A DNA stretch of 64,000 nt from Rhodothermales bacterium (lineage in GTDB: Bacteria > Bacteroidota > Rhodothermia > Rhodothermales > VXPQ01), in contig JBBDTI010000072.1 in the NCBI GenBank assembly GCA_040904565.1, positions 1 to 64,000 of the forward strand, given 5' to 3'. The notes under the pieces were generated by a model. That model saw nothing but the letters and a program-made list of their open reading frames with translations. It did not search any database and was not told the origin of the DNA. A program made the position numbers and the translations under genes. Below, piece by piece: positions 17,901-25,843 of the stretch; position 1 is the stretch's first letter; the number at the start of each line of letters is the position of its first letter.

Positions 17901-20617
17901 GCGAGAAAAGCGACGTAAATCGCCACCTGTCGCGCACTCGTCACGGTGTCCCTACCCACGGCGGCATAGTAGGCACGCCATGATTTGTCCAGCGGTGGAC
18001 GTACAAGTGAGAGGATCAGCGAAACGATCCAGGGTGCGGCGACCATGCAAAGTACGAGTGCCGTCCACTGCAGCGGCGAGCCGGGCAGAATCGTCCAACC
18101 TGCCAGCAGAAGAACCAGCAGCCCAATCTCGACGGTGCTGCGCCGCAGGTTGTCCAGAATTTTCCACCGTGAAAGAAACGAGAGCCGATTGGCTTCCGGG
18201 CCATCAGGGCCTGGAACGCTGGGGGCGAGCCAGCGCAGGAGCTGCCAGTCTCCTCGAATCCAGCGATGCTTGCGATGAGTGAACGTGAGATAGCGTGGCG
18301 GATAGTCGTCGTATACGATGACGTCTGTGGCAAGGCCCGCGCGGACGTAGCTGCCTTCGATCAGGTCGTGCGAGAGCAGCGTGTTCTCCTCAAAACGCCC
18401 CTGCGTAGCCTGCTCAAAGACGTCGACATCGTAAATCCCCTTCCCCGTGAAGCTCCCCTCACCGAAGAGGTCCTGGTAGACATCTGAGACCGCGGTGGTA
18501 TAGGGATCCACGCCGGGATGGCCGGAGTGGATGGCGGCGAAACGCGAACGATGCGCGCTCGGAAGCGAAACGCCTACCCGCGGCTGAAGAATGCCGTAGC
18601 CACGAACGACACGCCCGTACGCCTGGTCGTACACGGCGCGGTTGAGCGGGTGCGCCAGGGTCCCGACAAGGAGCGGCGCAGCGTCGGGTGGCAGAACCGT
18701 ATCGGCGTCGAGCGTGATCACATAGCGGACCTGCCGAAGCAGTGCCGTACCGCCGACAATAGTCGAGAACGCTCCGCGCGCGCCGCGCAGGAACCGGTTG
18801 AACTCGGCCAGCTTCCCGCGCTTACGCTCCCATCCCATCCAGACACCTTCCTGTGCATTCCAGCGGCGCGCTCGATGGAAGAGATAGAACGCATCCTCCG
18901 CGCCGGAAGCATACCTGGTATTGAGGTCCCGTACGCCGGCGCTGGCGGCCTCGACGATCGCTGTATCCCCGTCACGAGTTTCGGTCGGCGCGTCCGTGAA
19001 GTCGCTCAGAATCGCGAAGTGGAGATGCGTCTCCCGATTTGCCAGGTACTGGACTTCCAGGTTTTCGAGAGCCTTCTCAACGTCCGCTACGCTGTCGAAA
19101 AGTGTGGGAATGACGACGGTAGTTCGGAATGCCTTAGGTATCTCGCCCTCTGTATAAAAGTCGAGCCGAGGTAGCGGACGGGGCGGCAGCAGGGCGGTGA
19201 CGAGCTGGTTAACGAGATTGACTGCGACCTCTGTTGCGGGAATGAAGGAGAGGAACACGACGAGCATGGCCCACCCCCACGTTTGCGGTCCGATAAGCCA
19301 CACAATCGCGGCGAGCACGGCCGCCGTGCTCGCGATCAGCCCGCCGAAGTATACCGCGTTTGGATGCTGCAGTATCCAGCGGTAAACCGCTTCGCCTACC
19401 GGCGGACGGTACCCGGTCGCCCGTTCAAGCGCGTCGATACCCTCGTCAATCAGATAATAGCCGACGTGCACCCGTCTCGTATCGAGGGAATTCTGCATTT
19501 CAACGGAGGCGCGTGCAAGATCAACGGCACGGCGTGCCACGTCCTCCTCACGGCGGCCGGTCCGCCGAGCGATTCGCTCGACCACGTGCCTGTACCGATC
19601 GCGTGTGGCGAAGGTCATGCGCGGATAGGCGGCCGAAGGGTCCTCTCTCAGGACCGTCTCCATCGCACTCTGTTCTTCGACGAACGTCCGCCAATCCACA
19701 CGGGCGACGGTTCTCAGGCTCGTGACGCTGTGGGCCATCATGACCTGTGTGAGAGCCAGTCGCTGCGTTGCGCGCGCCTCGGCATCGTCAGTATTCAGGC
19801 CCTTCTCGATCATCCATTGCTCCAGCGAACGGCGGAACAGGGAATCATCTTGCACCTCGCGGAGCTGCTGCAGGAACCGAGACGTGAAGACGGTAGCGGT
19901 CGACAGAGGTTTGCCCCCCAGGCGCGTGAGCGCCGCACCCAACGCGCCCTTTTCCGTCGCCGCACGAATGCGGCTGATCCACCGATCGGCCTCCATCTCC
20001 AGATTCAGGTGCTGCACCGTACGAAGCGCCATCCGGCGAACGTTCTCGATCAGTCCCAGGCGAAGCATCGCAGGCAGCGCCCAGAGTTCTCCGATGGTGA
20101 GAGGTGCCGCCTGCTGAAAGGCACCGACGAAAAGGGATACGTTGTCGAGGTCGATTCGTCCTTCTGTGTGGGAGATCAGTGTGATGGCCAGCTCGTACAC
20201 ACGAGGGTAACCGGCGAGCGGACCGGCGTCGAGCTCGGGAAGCTCCTGGTAGTACCCGCGGGGAAGGTTCTCACGCACCTCGCGGATGTGCTCCTCGACG
20301 ACGTGGAAGTTGTCCAACAGCCATTCGCCCGCCGAGCCGGTCTCGACGAGGGCGCCCGTTCCTGCCGAGAGCTTTTCGTGGATGTCGTTCAAAATTCGCT
20401 GCGTGCCGGTCAGGCGCGTTAGCAGAGGGGTCTGACGCGATCGTCGTCTTCCGGTGACGACGCTCTGATGTCGGGCAACGACCCGCGCGCGCTCCGCAAG
20501 GTTTTCTGCGCCGAGTAGCTCGCCCCGAATAGGCCCGGCAAATTGCTGCTGCCGTGCACGCGAGCTGCGTGAAAACAGGCGAGCAATATTCTCCCAACGT
20601 ATGCCTAAAAGTGGCAT
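11948..20617 (-). CDS. cgs: Cyclic beta-1,2-glucan synthase (GT84 + cyclization domain + GH94 phosphorylase), about 2890 aa
   Basis: EWLLDNF, WMGWERKRGKL, ITLDADT, SHDLIEG, RWIRGDWQ, RTSPTNIG, STVDSGNL, YDLLASEARL, SWSGSMFEYLMP, YQSGGAYGFRDQLQD, GDWNDG, RENGAQYTH. Confidence 0.95.
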   Translation of the reverse strand: MPLLGIRWENIARLFSRSSRARQQQFAGPIRGELLGAENLAERARVVARHQSVVTGRRRSRQTPLLTRLTGTQRILNDIHEKLSAGTGALVETGSAGEWLLDNFHVVEEHIREVRENLPRGYYQELPELDAGPLAGYPRVYELAITLISHTEGRIDLDNVSLFVGAFQQAAPLTIGELWALPAMLRLGLIENVRRMALRTVQHLNLEMEADRWISRIRAATEKGALGAALTRLGGKPLSTATVFTSRFLQQLREVQDDSLFRRSLEQWMIEKGLNTDDAEARATQRLALTQVMMAHSVTSLRTVARVDWRTFVEEQSAMETVLREDPSAAYPRMTFATRDRYRHVVERIARRTGRREEDVARRAVDLARASVEMQNSLDTRRVHVGYYLIDEGIDALERATGYRPPVGEAVYRWILQHPNAVYFGGLIASTAAVLAAIVWLIGPQTWGWAMLVVFLSFIPATEVAVNLVNQLVTALLPPRPLPRLDFYTEGEIPKAFRTTVVIPTLFDSVADVEKALENLEVQYLANRETHLHFAILSDFTDAPTETRDGDTAIVEAASAGVRDLNTRYASGAEDAFYLFHRARRWNAQEGVWMGWERKRGKLAEFNRFLRGARGAFSTIVGGTALLRQVRYVITLDADTVLPPDAAPLLVGTLAHPLNRAVYDQAYGRVVRGYGILQPRVGVSLPSAHRSRFAAIHSGHPGVDPYTTAVSDVYQDLFGEGSFTGKGIYDVDVFEQATQGRFEENTLLSHDLIEGSYVRAGLATDVIVYDDYPPRYLTFTHRKHRWIRGDWQLLRWLAPSVPGPDGPEANRLSFLSRWKILDNLRRSTVEIGLLVLLLAGWTILPGSPLQWTALVLCMVAAPWIVSLILSLVRPPLDKSWRAYYAAVGRDTVTSARQVAIYVAFLAHQAIISADAIFRTLWRVSISRRHLLEWQTASTTERVMSASSVDVWRTMRPVTVLATAILVVAAGFEMGVYGGVVEHPDVAISPLWRRILAVLPLVGLWLASPAVAHALGRPLRVPEKELSSSGRRSALRYALLHWRFFDRFVSAETQWLAPDNFQEDPEPIIAMRTSPTNIGLQLLATTSAYDLGFVTAHEMTERLEQVFGSLERMKRFRGHFYNWYDLDNLNVLEPSYISTVDSGNLAGHLIALRQACLTIPDDPLSDGRTKKALATALALAEERLDGSSEEGAAQQVRRAREVLASPAEEDLDDVAEPVEQALRLVQQAGHDDGSSSSEWLEWVIRRIDAARKEEEMPISASDSGPPTLRRRAASSTAATTLVARLEGLAHRAYKYALEMDFRFLFDDDRKLFSIGYHVSGHTFDGAYYDLLASEARLTSFVAVAKNDVPVEHWFSLGRTLTRTAGETALVSWSGSMFEYLMPALVMRSFPVTLLSQTYRGAVRRQIAYAEAAGVPWGMSESAYNLRDRHLTYQYRAFGVPDLALKRGLGGDLVIAPYASALAMMVDPQPALSNLDRLDSMGTLGPYGFHDALDYTRPDPGRRYAVVRNYMAHHIGMGLVALANVLKGQLWQSRFHSDPLVCAAELLLYERIPRRLVLQPPQPTRAGEGLPDPDLEQPVVRELETPQTPEPRVGLLGRLPYTIMVTNGGGGYSRYEDLAVTRWRADGTMDETGQFCYLKDMSTGHVWSAAHQPVCAPADKYRALLASDRVSFLRVDRDIETHTEITVVPEDSAEVRRVTVTNCSETPRDVVLMSYGEIVLAGPDAERAHPAFSNLFVETEWHAWCTAITATRRPRSASEPALWCVHVVDTNKQHVEPVSYETDRARFIGRGRSARDPVALEADGPLSETTGAVLDPIFALRVRLHLEPGQSAGAAFTTLVATTRERAFELADRYHDSHAAQRALDLAWASTQVELRELGTTPAEAAAFQALAGRLFYPSPSLRAPKEERDRNRGSQPLLWSLGLSGDWPILVAVIKSSDGLPTLRELLSAHHYWRRRGMMVDLVILNADSPSYLRELNESIVAMLYATYASDQLDRSGGVFIRRLDELGADALLMLRATAPVHVECDGRSLSGILEVELSSDSLDIHSESSSPSVRAIVPSESASEHGVVGLLEAHPDAADLPPGDTASVFENGFGTILPEGTYEIRVCGDRVPPAPWANVIANAQGGFIVTERGAGSAWAGSSHFFRLTPWHNDPVTDPPGEVLYVRDEETRTFWSATPAPIRREVEYTVRHGAGFSSFSHEFAEIATDLTMAMAPEDAVKISVIRLTNESSRPRRLSVTGYAEWTLGALREHTQHQVRTVARPDVGAIFARNTFDPHFAEHVAFCALSEPLSDYTSDRRAFIGRNGTRADPHGLREATLGGEIETGVDPCAAVQCMLELSPGESREIVFLLGAAEGEDAADRLLAKYRDRSSALEAVSRSRKDWSHRLSAITVRTPEPSFDAMINHWALYQALACRMWARSAVYQSGGAYGFRDQLQDVLAFLYAEPEIAREHIIRASARQFIEGDVQHWWHPHSDRGVRTRFSDDLAWLPYVVDQYVRVTGDRSVLDVHVPFLSMRSLEPHEHEVYDLPLVTDEHASIYEHCRRALDRACTVGSHGLPLIGIGDWNDGMNRVGVEGRGESVWLAWFLVTTLRRFAEHAEERGDAAVAADFRVRSDAYVSAIEEHAWDGDWYRRAFFDDGTPLGSAAAAECRIDAIAQSWSVISGAGDAARSEQAMRSFEEHLVWDDARLLPLLTPPFDRTTLDPGYIKGYVPGVRENGAQYTHAALWSVLATALQGRGDRAFELFQMINPLTRTRTPEDVATYKVEPYVVAADVYTAAGHVGRGGWTWYTGSASWMYRVGLEAILGFTREGDVLFIDPHAPAAWPEYAVEYRHGGSVYAITVREPGKIDRHTAEVRVDGVVVEGTGIPLADDGERHDVVVQPRVRPSS

Positions 20618-20712
20618 GGTGATGATACCGGATGTAGGCGGCGACGACCGCACTGGATGGCGGGGCTCTGAGCCCCGAGCCGCGTGCAGCGGTGTAGAAA
20701 AGTGATTGCCCG

Positions 20713-21357
20713 CTACGGAGCGACGAGATTCTCAAGACCCTCGACCAGATCGTCCGACAGCTCCCGCAGCCCGGTGTCGAGCAGGGCCACCAGGCCATCA
20801 TAATCTCCTACCACCCAACCACCCGCCCGAAAGTCGGTCGTTCCCCGCGCGAGCACGGCACCATCTTGCGGGTCAATAATCTCCCAGATAGCCAGCAGCG
20901 AGGCCTCGCCCTCGGATGCCGCCGGTTCCTCCGGCACCTGGCCCTCGAATCGCTGCAGATGGAGCTGGATCAGGTAGTCGTGTCTGGACTGCGGCGGCCA
21001 CGGCGCCACATCAATGACTTCGAAGGAGGCTTGGGCCGCCAGGTGGCCGGCTAGAGCCCGGTTGACTCCGCCGCCGAGATCCTCTCCCCACCGATGAAAC
21101 TCGGCGTAGCGGATCTCGTGGAGTCCATGGCGGACGACGATACGGGGCGTCGTAAGGTACCCGGCAAGCTGCAGTCGTCGCAATCCGATACGGACACCGG
21201 CAAGGCGTTCGGCCGACCCCTCGGTCTCCTGGAGCCGGCTTCCACCAAGCACGTAGTGCTGTTGGGGCGGCTCGTCCCTGGCCAGGCTGAAACATCCCGC
21301 CAGGACGAGAAGAGCGAGCAGGAGCGTGAAATGGACGGCTTTGATCTGGTACGTCAT
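20713..21357 (-). CDS. PqiC-like ABC-type transport auxiliary lipoprotein
   Basis: Lipobox LAGC; YVLG, YLTTPRIV, YAEFHRWGEDL motifs; ATGA overlap with mlaD. Confidence 0.85.
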   Translation of the reverse strand: MTYQIKAVHFTLLLALLVLAGCFSLARDEPPQQHYVLGGSRLQETEGSAERLAGVRIGLRRLQLAGYLTTPRIVVRHGLHEIRYAEFHRWGEDLGGGVNRALAGHLAAQASFEVIDVAPWPPQSRHDYLIQLHLQRFEGQVPEEPAASEGEASLLAIWEIIDPQDGAVLARGTTDFRAGGWVVGDYDGLVALLDTGLRELSDDLVEGLENLVAP

Positions 21358-22346
21358 GGCTGTGGTTCAGTCGATTTCTTTCCGCGGAGCAGCATGTCCG
21401 GATTCCGTTCCAGCGAGAGGGTGAGTGTACGCAGCGCGTCGGCCGCCTCCTTAAGGCTGGAAAACGCCTCCTCCATTCGATACCCGACGCCGGAGTCCGT
21501 CGAGATCAATCCCTGCGTTGCTTCCATGGCCCGCCGCATCGATTGCAGCGTGAGGATGACTTCCGCGTTCGTACTATCGACCTGTCCTTGAAGGGGCTCG
21601 ATCGCGCCGCCGAGGCGGTCGGCCAGGCGCTCCATCTCTGCCATCGTTTTGTTGAACTGCGCGGTCATCTCCGGAACCTCTTCGAAGGCTGCCAGAATCT
21701 CCGGCGATTCGGCCAGGCGCTCGACGGACTGGGCCGATGCCACGACCGACGCGTTGAGACTTTGCATGTCGATCTCCTCCAGCATCTCGTTTACGCGAAA
21801 CAGGATGCGCATCGCATCGCCCACGAGGCTGCCGGCCTGCGTTCCGAACGCGGCCAGGAGCGAAGGCGTCGTCGGGATCTCGGCAAACGCGGTCGTTTCC
21901 TGGGAGAATTCAGGTGGGGCCGGATCCACGCGGTACGTGAGTTCGACGTAGAGCTGCCCGGTAACGATGCTCTCCATCTGCAGCTGGGCCCGGAGCCCGT
22001 CGTCGATCTGCTGCCGCAGCACGGCCTCGTCGCTCAGGTCGACGAACGTGCCGGCCCGCGACGTGAGGCGCGTGAGATCGATTTCGTACTGGACCGGCAC
22101 CTCGAAGGTTTTGTCCGTCAGCTCGATCCGAATCAGAAGATCCGTTACACTTCCGACGGGCACGCCCTGGAATTTAACCGGCGCGCCTACTTCCAGGCCG
22201 TTCACCGACTCCCCGAAGTTGCTGATGAAGGTCGACCGCTGCGTGAACCATCCGGTCGAGGCGAGCACGGCGACGCCGAGCACGGTCAGCACCAGGGCTC
22301 CGATCAGAAATAGCCCGATCGCCGTCGGGTTAGCGCGTAAGCTCAT
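21354..22346 (-). CDS. mlaD: MCE/MlaD family protein with long helical C-terminus
   Basis: N-terminal TM; SVNGLEVGAPVKFQGVPVGSV, GLRAQL..SIVTGQLYVEL, LERNPDMLLRG. Confidence 0.9.
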   Translation of the reverse strand: MSLRANPTAIGLFLIGALVLTVLGVAVLASTGWFTQRSTFISNFGESVNGLEVGAPVKFQGVPVGSVTDLLIRIELTDKTFEVPVQYEIDLTRLTSRAGTFVDLSDEAVLRQQIDDGLRAQLQMESIVTGQLYVELTYRVDPAPPEFSQETTAFAEIPTTPSLLAAFGTQAGSLVGDAMRILFRVNEMLEEIDMQSLNASVVASAQSVERLAESPEILAAFEEVPEMTAQFNKTMAEMERLADRLGGAIEPLQGQVDSTNAEVILTLQSMRRAMEATQGLISTDSGVGYRMEEAFSSLKEAADALRTLTLSLERNPDMLLRGKKSTEPQP

Positions 22347-23146
22347 GACTGGGGCGTAATTGGTGATGTAGATGCTGATGTCGCAGGTGCTTCAACCTCG
22401 CTGCTGCGCGTGAGAAACCGGTGCACCTCCTCGCTGGGCGGATTGTCCCGCAGGTCGCCCGGATCGCCGAGTGCGGTCATCGTTTTCTGTTTGATGTCCA
22501 GAAACAGCGCCCGGTCGGCGATCTTGAAGATGCTCGCGAGGTCGTGGCTGACCACGACGATCGTCGTGCCGAAGCTCTTGCGAAGCTGCAGTATCAAGTC
22601 GTCGAGGCGGCTGGCCGTGATCGGGTCCAGGCCGGAAGAGGGTTCGTCGAAGAAGAGCACCTCCGGATCCATTGCCGATGCGCGGGCGAGGGCCGCGCGC
22701 TTGCGCATCCCCCCGCTGATCTCATTGGGGTAGAACGACTCGAAGCCGCGCAGACCGACCAGGGCGAGCTTGAGCGAGACGACCTCCGAGATCGCATCCG
22801 GACGCAGACTCGTATATTCCTCGAGGGGCAGGGCTACGTTCTCGGCCAGCGTCAATCCGCTCCACAGGGCGCCGTTCTGATAGAGTACGCCCATGCGGCG
22901 AAGTATCCGCTTTCTGGCCGGCGCGTCGGCCTCCCCGAAGTCGTCTCCTTCGAACAGGATCGTGCCTGCTGCCGGCTTCTTGAGTCCGATAAGGTGTTTG
23001 AGCAGGGTGCTCTTCCCACTCCCGCTGCCTCCCATGATGACGAAGATCTCCCCCCGCTCCACCTGAAAGTTCAGGTCGCGCATGAGGACGAGCGACCCGT
23101 AGGCCATCGTCAACCCTCTGACTTCAATGGGAGGTGCTGCTTCCAT
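22343..23146 (-). CDS. mlaF: MlaF-type ABC ATPase
   Basis: GGSGSGKS, ISGGMRKRAALARA, FFDEPSSGLDPI; probable start ATG 23146. Confidence 0.9.
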   Translation of the reverse strand: MEAAPPIEVRGLTMAYGSLVLMRDLNFQVERGEIFVIMGGSGSGKSTLLKHLIGLKKPAAGTILFEGDDFGEADAPARKRILRRMGVLYQNGALWSGLTLAENVALPLEEYTSLRPDAISEVVSLKLALVGLRGFESFYPNEISGGMRKRAALARASAMDPEVLFFDEPSSGLDPITASRLDDLILQLRKSFGTTIVVVSHDLASIFKIADRALFLDIKQKTMTALGDPGDLRDNPPSEEVHRFLTRSSEVEAPATSASTSPITPQS

Positions 23147-23153
23147 AACGACG

Positions 23154-24269
23154 TTATACTCCGAGTAGGACCGCGAGCCAATCGATGACGGCGTTGGCCA
23201 GAATGATGAGTGTGATGGCCGTAACCACGGCCGAAGTCGCGGCACGCCCGACCGCCCCCGCGTCGTTTCCGGTCTGAAGGCCGCGCAGACAACCCGCCAG
23301 GCCGATGATCACTCCGAAAACGGATCCTTTGAAAACGCCCAGGAGGCCGTCGGAGAGGGTCACCGGCGTCAACAAGCCCCCGATAAACTGCGTCGTGGAA
23401 AGATCCAGGAGCGTGACGGAGACGATCATTCCTCCCATAATACCGACGAAGTCGGCGTAGATCGTAAGCAGGGGCATCATCAGGAAGAGTCCCATGACCC
23501 TGGGTAGCACGAGATGCTCGACCGGCGAGAGCCCTAACGTCTTAAAGGCATCGATCTCTTCGGTGATCTTCATGCTCCCGATTTCGGCGGCAAAGGCGGC
23601 GCCCGTTCGGCCGGCCATGATGATACCCGTCATCAGGGCCCCCATCTCTCTGAGCATCCCGTAGCCGACCAGGTAGGAGACGTAGTAGCCGGCTCCGAAC
23701 CGCTGAAGCACGACGGCCCCCAGGAAGGCAATGATCAATCCGACGAGAAAGCTGATCAGGGTGACGATGGTGAGCGCGCCCGAACTGTTTGATTGCACCA
23801 CGACCCAGAAATCCCGCCAGCGCATCCGCACCCGGAACAGAAGTAATCCGATGAAGCCGGCGGTCACTTCACCCGTGAACGTCACCGACTCCAGGAAGGA
23901 GTCGAACGCGGAGAGTCCCTTCTTGCCGAGCCGGGCGACGAACGAGGCTTTTTCCTCTTCGCGATCGATCTCCTGTTCCGGTACCGCCTGGGCGAGTTCG
24001 AGGAGACTCGCGATGTCTTCCGGCAGGCTTTCCGCTTTGAAGGCGAGGTTATGGGCCTCGCAGTAGTTCATGGCTTGCAGCAGAAACGTGAGAAGGCTAC
24101 TGTCCCACGTACCGAGATTCGTGGCGTCGAAGCCGACGGCCCGCACCTCGGCCACCTCCGGCCGGTCCTCGACGAGCCGGTCGAAGCGTGGGGTCGGGTG
24201 TTCCAGTTCCCAATCACCGGCGAGTCCGGCGACGAGTGTATCGTCCGTATGGTGAATCTTAACGTTCAT
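23154..24269 (-). CDS. mlaE: MlaE permease with N-terminal STAS-like domain
   Basis: REMGALMTGIIMAGRTGAAFAAEIGSMKITEEIDA, VGRAATSAVV; N-terminal WDSSLL STAS-like segment. Confidence 0.9.
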   Translation of the reverse strand: MNVKIHHTDDTLVAGLAGDWELEHPTPRFDRLVEDRPEVAEVRAVGFDATNLGTWDSSLLTFLLQAMNYCEAHNLAFKAESLPEDIASLLELAQAVPEQEIDREEEKASFVARLGKKGLSAFDSFLESVTFTGEVTAGFIGLLLFRVRMRWRDFWVVVQSNSSGALTIVTLISFLVGLIIAFLGAVVLQRFGAGYYVSYLVGYGMLREMGALMTGIIMAGRTGAAFAAEIGSMKITEEIDAFKTLGLSPVEHLVLPRVMGLFLMMPLLTIYADFVGIMGGMIVSVTLLDLSTTQFIGGLLTPVTLSDGLLGVFKGSVFGVIIGLAGCLRGLQTGNDAGAVGRAATSAVVTAITLIILANAVIDWLAVLLGV

Positions 24270-24437
24270 CGTTCTTTGCCGACACGGACAGATCAGGGGC
24301 CGAGGGCGATTCTTTTAGTTTCGTTCGTAAGGTCCAATCGTCCAACGGGAGGCACGAAGTCACGCGACCCCGCTCCGTGTACGCAGCGTGCTTGAGCACG
24401 ACCTGGACCAGCGTTCTGGCGTCCCGTTCCGGAGGCC

Positions 24438-25133
24438 TCACCCCTCTCGAGGCCGCTCCTCTCCGGCGGCGGCCGTATTATTATTCTCGACCCAGAGCAC
24501 AGCCCGACGCACCAGCTCGGGAGTGCTTTCGATGCCCAGTTTGGATTTGATGCGTCCCCGGTACGTGGCTATCGTCTTGGGGCTGATGTCCATCGCCTCG
24601 GCCATTTCGCGCGTGCTGAGACCCCGGCCGTGCAGCTCGAAGGCCTCCAGCTCCCGATCCGACAACTGCGTGCTGGGATCCTCCTGGCCGACGGACTCTT
24701 CCGCGGTCATCCGTCCGGCGAATTGAAGCATGATCTTTTCCTGTATGCGATCGCTCACGTAGTATCGGCCTCCCAGCACCTTCCGAATGGCGGGTACTAC
24801 ACGGCTTTCGGCCTCACTTTTCATAAGGTAGCCTGACGCGCCGGCCTGGAGCGCACGACCGGCGTAAAGCGACTCCTCGTGCATCGAAACGACAAGCACC
24901 TCCAGGCCTGGCCGCTCGGCCCGAAGCCGCTTAATGAATTCAATCCCGTTCATCCCATTCAACGAAATATCCGCGATGACGAGGTCGGGAGCGGCCCGTG
25001 ATATTTTCTCCAGGGCATCGGCGGCCGTGCCGGCTTCGCCGCACACTTCGAGATCCATCTCTGCATTGATGAGCGCTCGGTAGCCGTGGCGCATGACGGG
25101 ATGGTCTTCGAGAATAAAAATTTGGGATGTCAT
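24438..25133 (-). CDS. NarL/LuxR family DNA-binding response regulator
   Basis: REC domain (EDHP, ADISL, GYLMK) plus LuxR HTH LSDRELE...ISPKTIATYRGRIKSKL. Confidence 0.92.
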   Translation of the reverse strand: MTSQIFILEDHPVMRHGYRALINAEMDLEVCGEAGTAADALEKISRAAPDLVIADISLNGMNGIEFIKRLRAERPGLEVLVVSMHEESLYAGRALQAGASGYLMKSEAESRVVPAIRKVLGGRYYVSDRIQEKIMLQFAGRMTAEESVGQEDPSTQLSDRELEAFELHGRGLSTREMAEAMDISPKTIATYRGRIKSKLGIESTPELVRRAVLWVENNNTAAAGEERPREG

Positions 25134-25396
25134 CGGAGGGCCTGCAAACAAGTCGTAGCATTATGATAACGTTCCGGGACGAGCAGATGACCGTTGTCGT
25201 GCCGAACGTGAAGGCGAGGGGAACGGCTGTGTCCTCTCCCGGATGCGCCTTGGGAAAGAACGCCTTGCCTCCCTCACGCGGTCGGATCTTTTGCTATCTG
25301 TCTGACATGGAAAGCACCCTGATGAGCCGGCCTGTAAAAGCCGGCAAACGAATAAACACGCATTGGACCGCTAAAGCTATGCATTCCATGGGATAT

Positions 25397-25451
25397 CCTT
25401 GTAGGCAATATGCTTACAAGGGGGGTAGGTGCGATCCGGTAAAGCACCTAC
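25397..25451. promoter_or_regulatory. Two adjacent GTAGG-containing dyads upstream of the NarL-type regulator
   Basis: CCTTGTAGGCA-ATA-TGCTTACAAGG (25397-25421) and GTAGGTGC-N11-GCACCTAC (25425-25451). Confidence 0.4.
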
Positions 25452-25459
25452 GTGTCTAC

Positions 25460-25843
25460 CTAGCGGCTCACGTACACCGTGCCGTCGAGAATCTGCCGGA
25501 TGCCCTCCAACATGGCCAGCGGGTCCCCCTTCAGGATATAGCCGTTCGCACCCGCCGCGAGTGCCCGCTCGGCACAGGTGGGATCCGTCTGTCCGGAGAG
25601 CATAGCCGCTCGTTGCCCGGGCATCCGTACCCGCAGACGTTCTATGAGTTCGATGCCGTTCATTCCCGGCAGCGAAAAATCAGTCAGGATCAGATCAGGG
25701 CTCACGCCGGAGAGGACCTCGAGCGCTTCGATAGCCGTTTCGGCGACGCCGCACACGACCAGGTCCGGCTCGTCCTCGATCAACATAACCAGAGCCTCCT
25801 GAACGAGCAGATTATCTTCTACGATATAGAGGGTCTGTTTCAT
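25460..25843 (-). CDS. Single-domain response regulator
   Basis: VEDN, LTDFSLPGMNG, GYILKGD; ATGA overlap with the upstream kinase. Confidence 0.9.
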   Translation of the reverse strand: MKQTLYIVEDNLLVQEALVMLIEDEPDLVVCGVAETAIEALEVLSGVSPDLILTDFSLPGMNGIELIERLRVRMPGQRAAMLSGQTDPTCAERALAAGANGYILKGDPLAMLEGIRQILDGTVYVSR

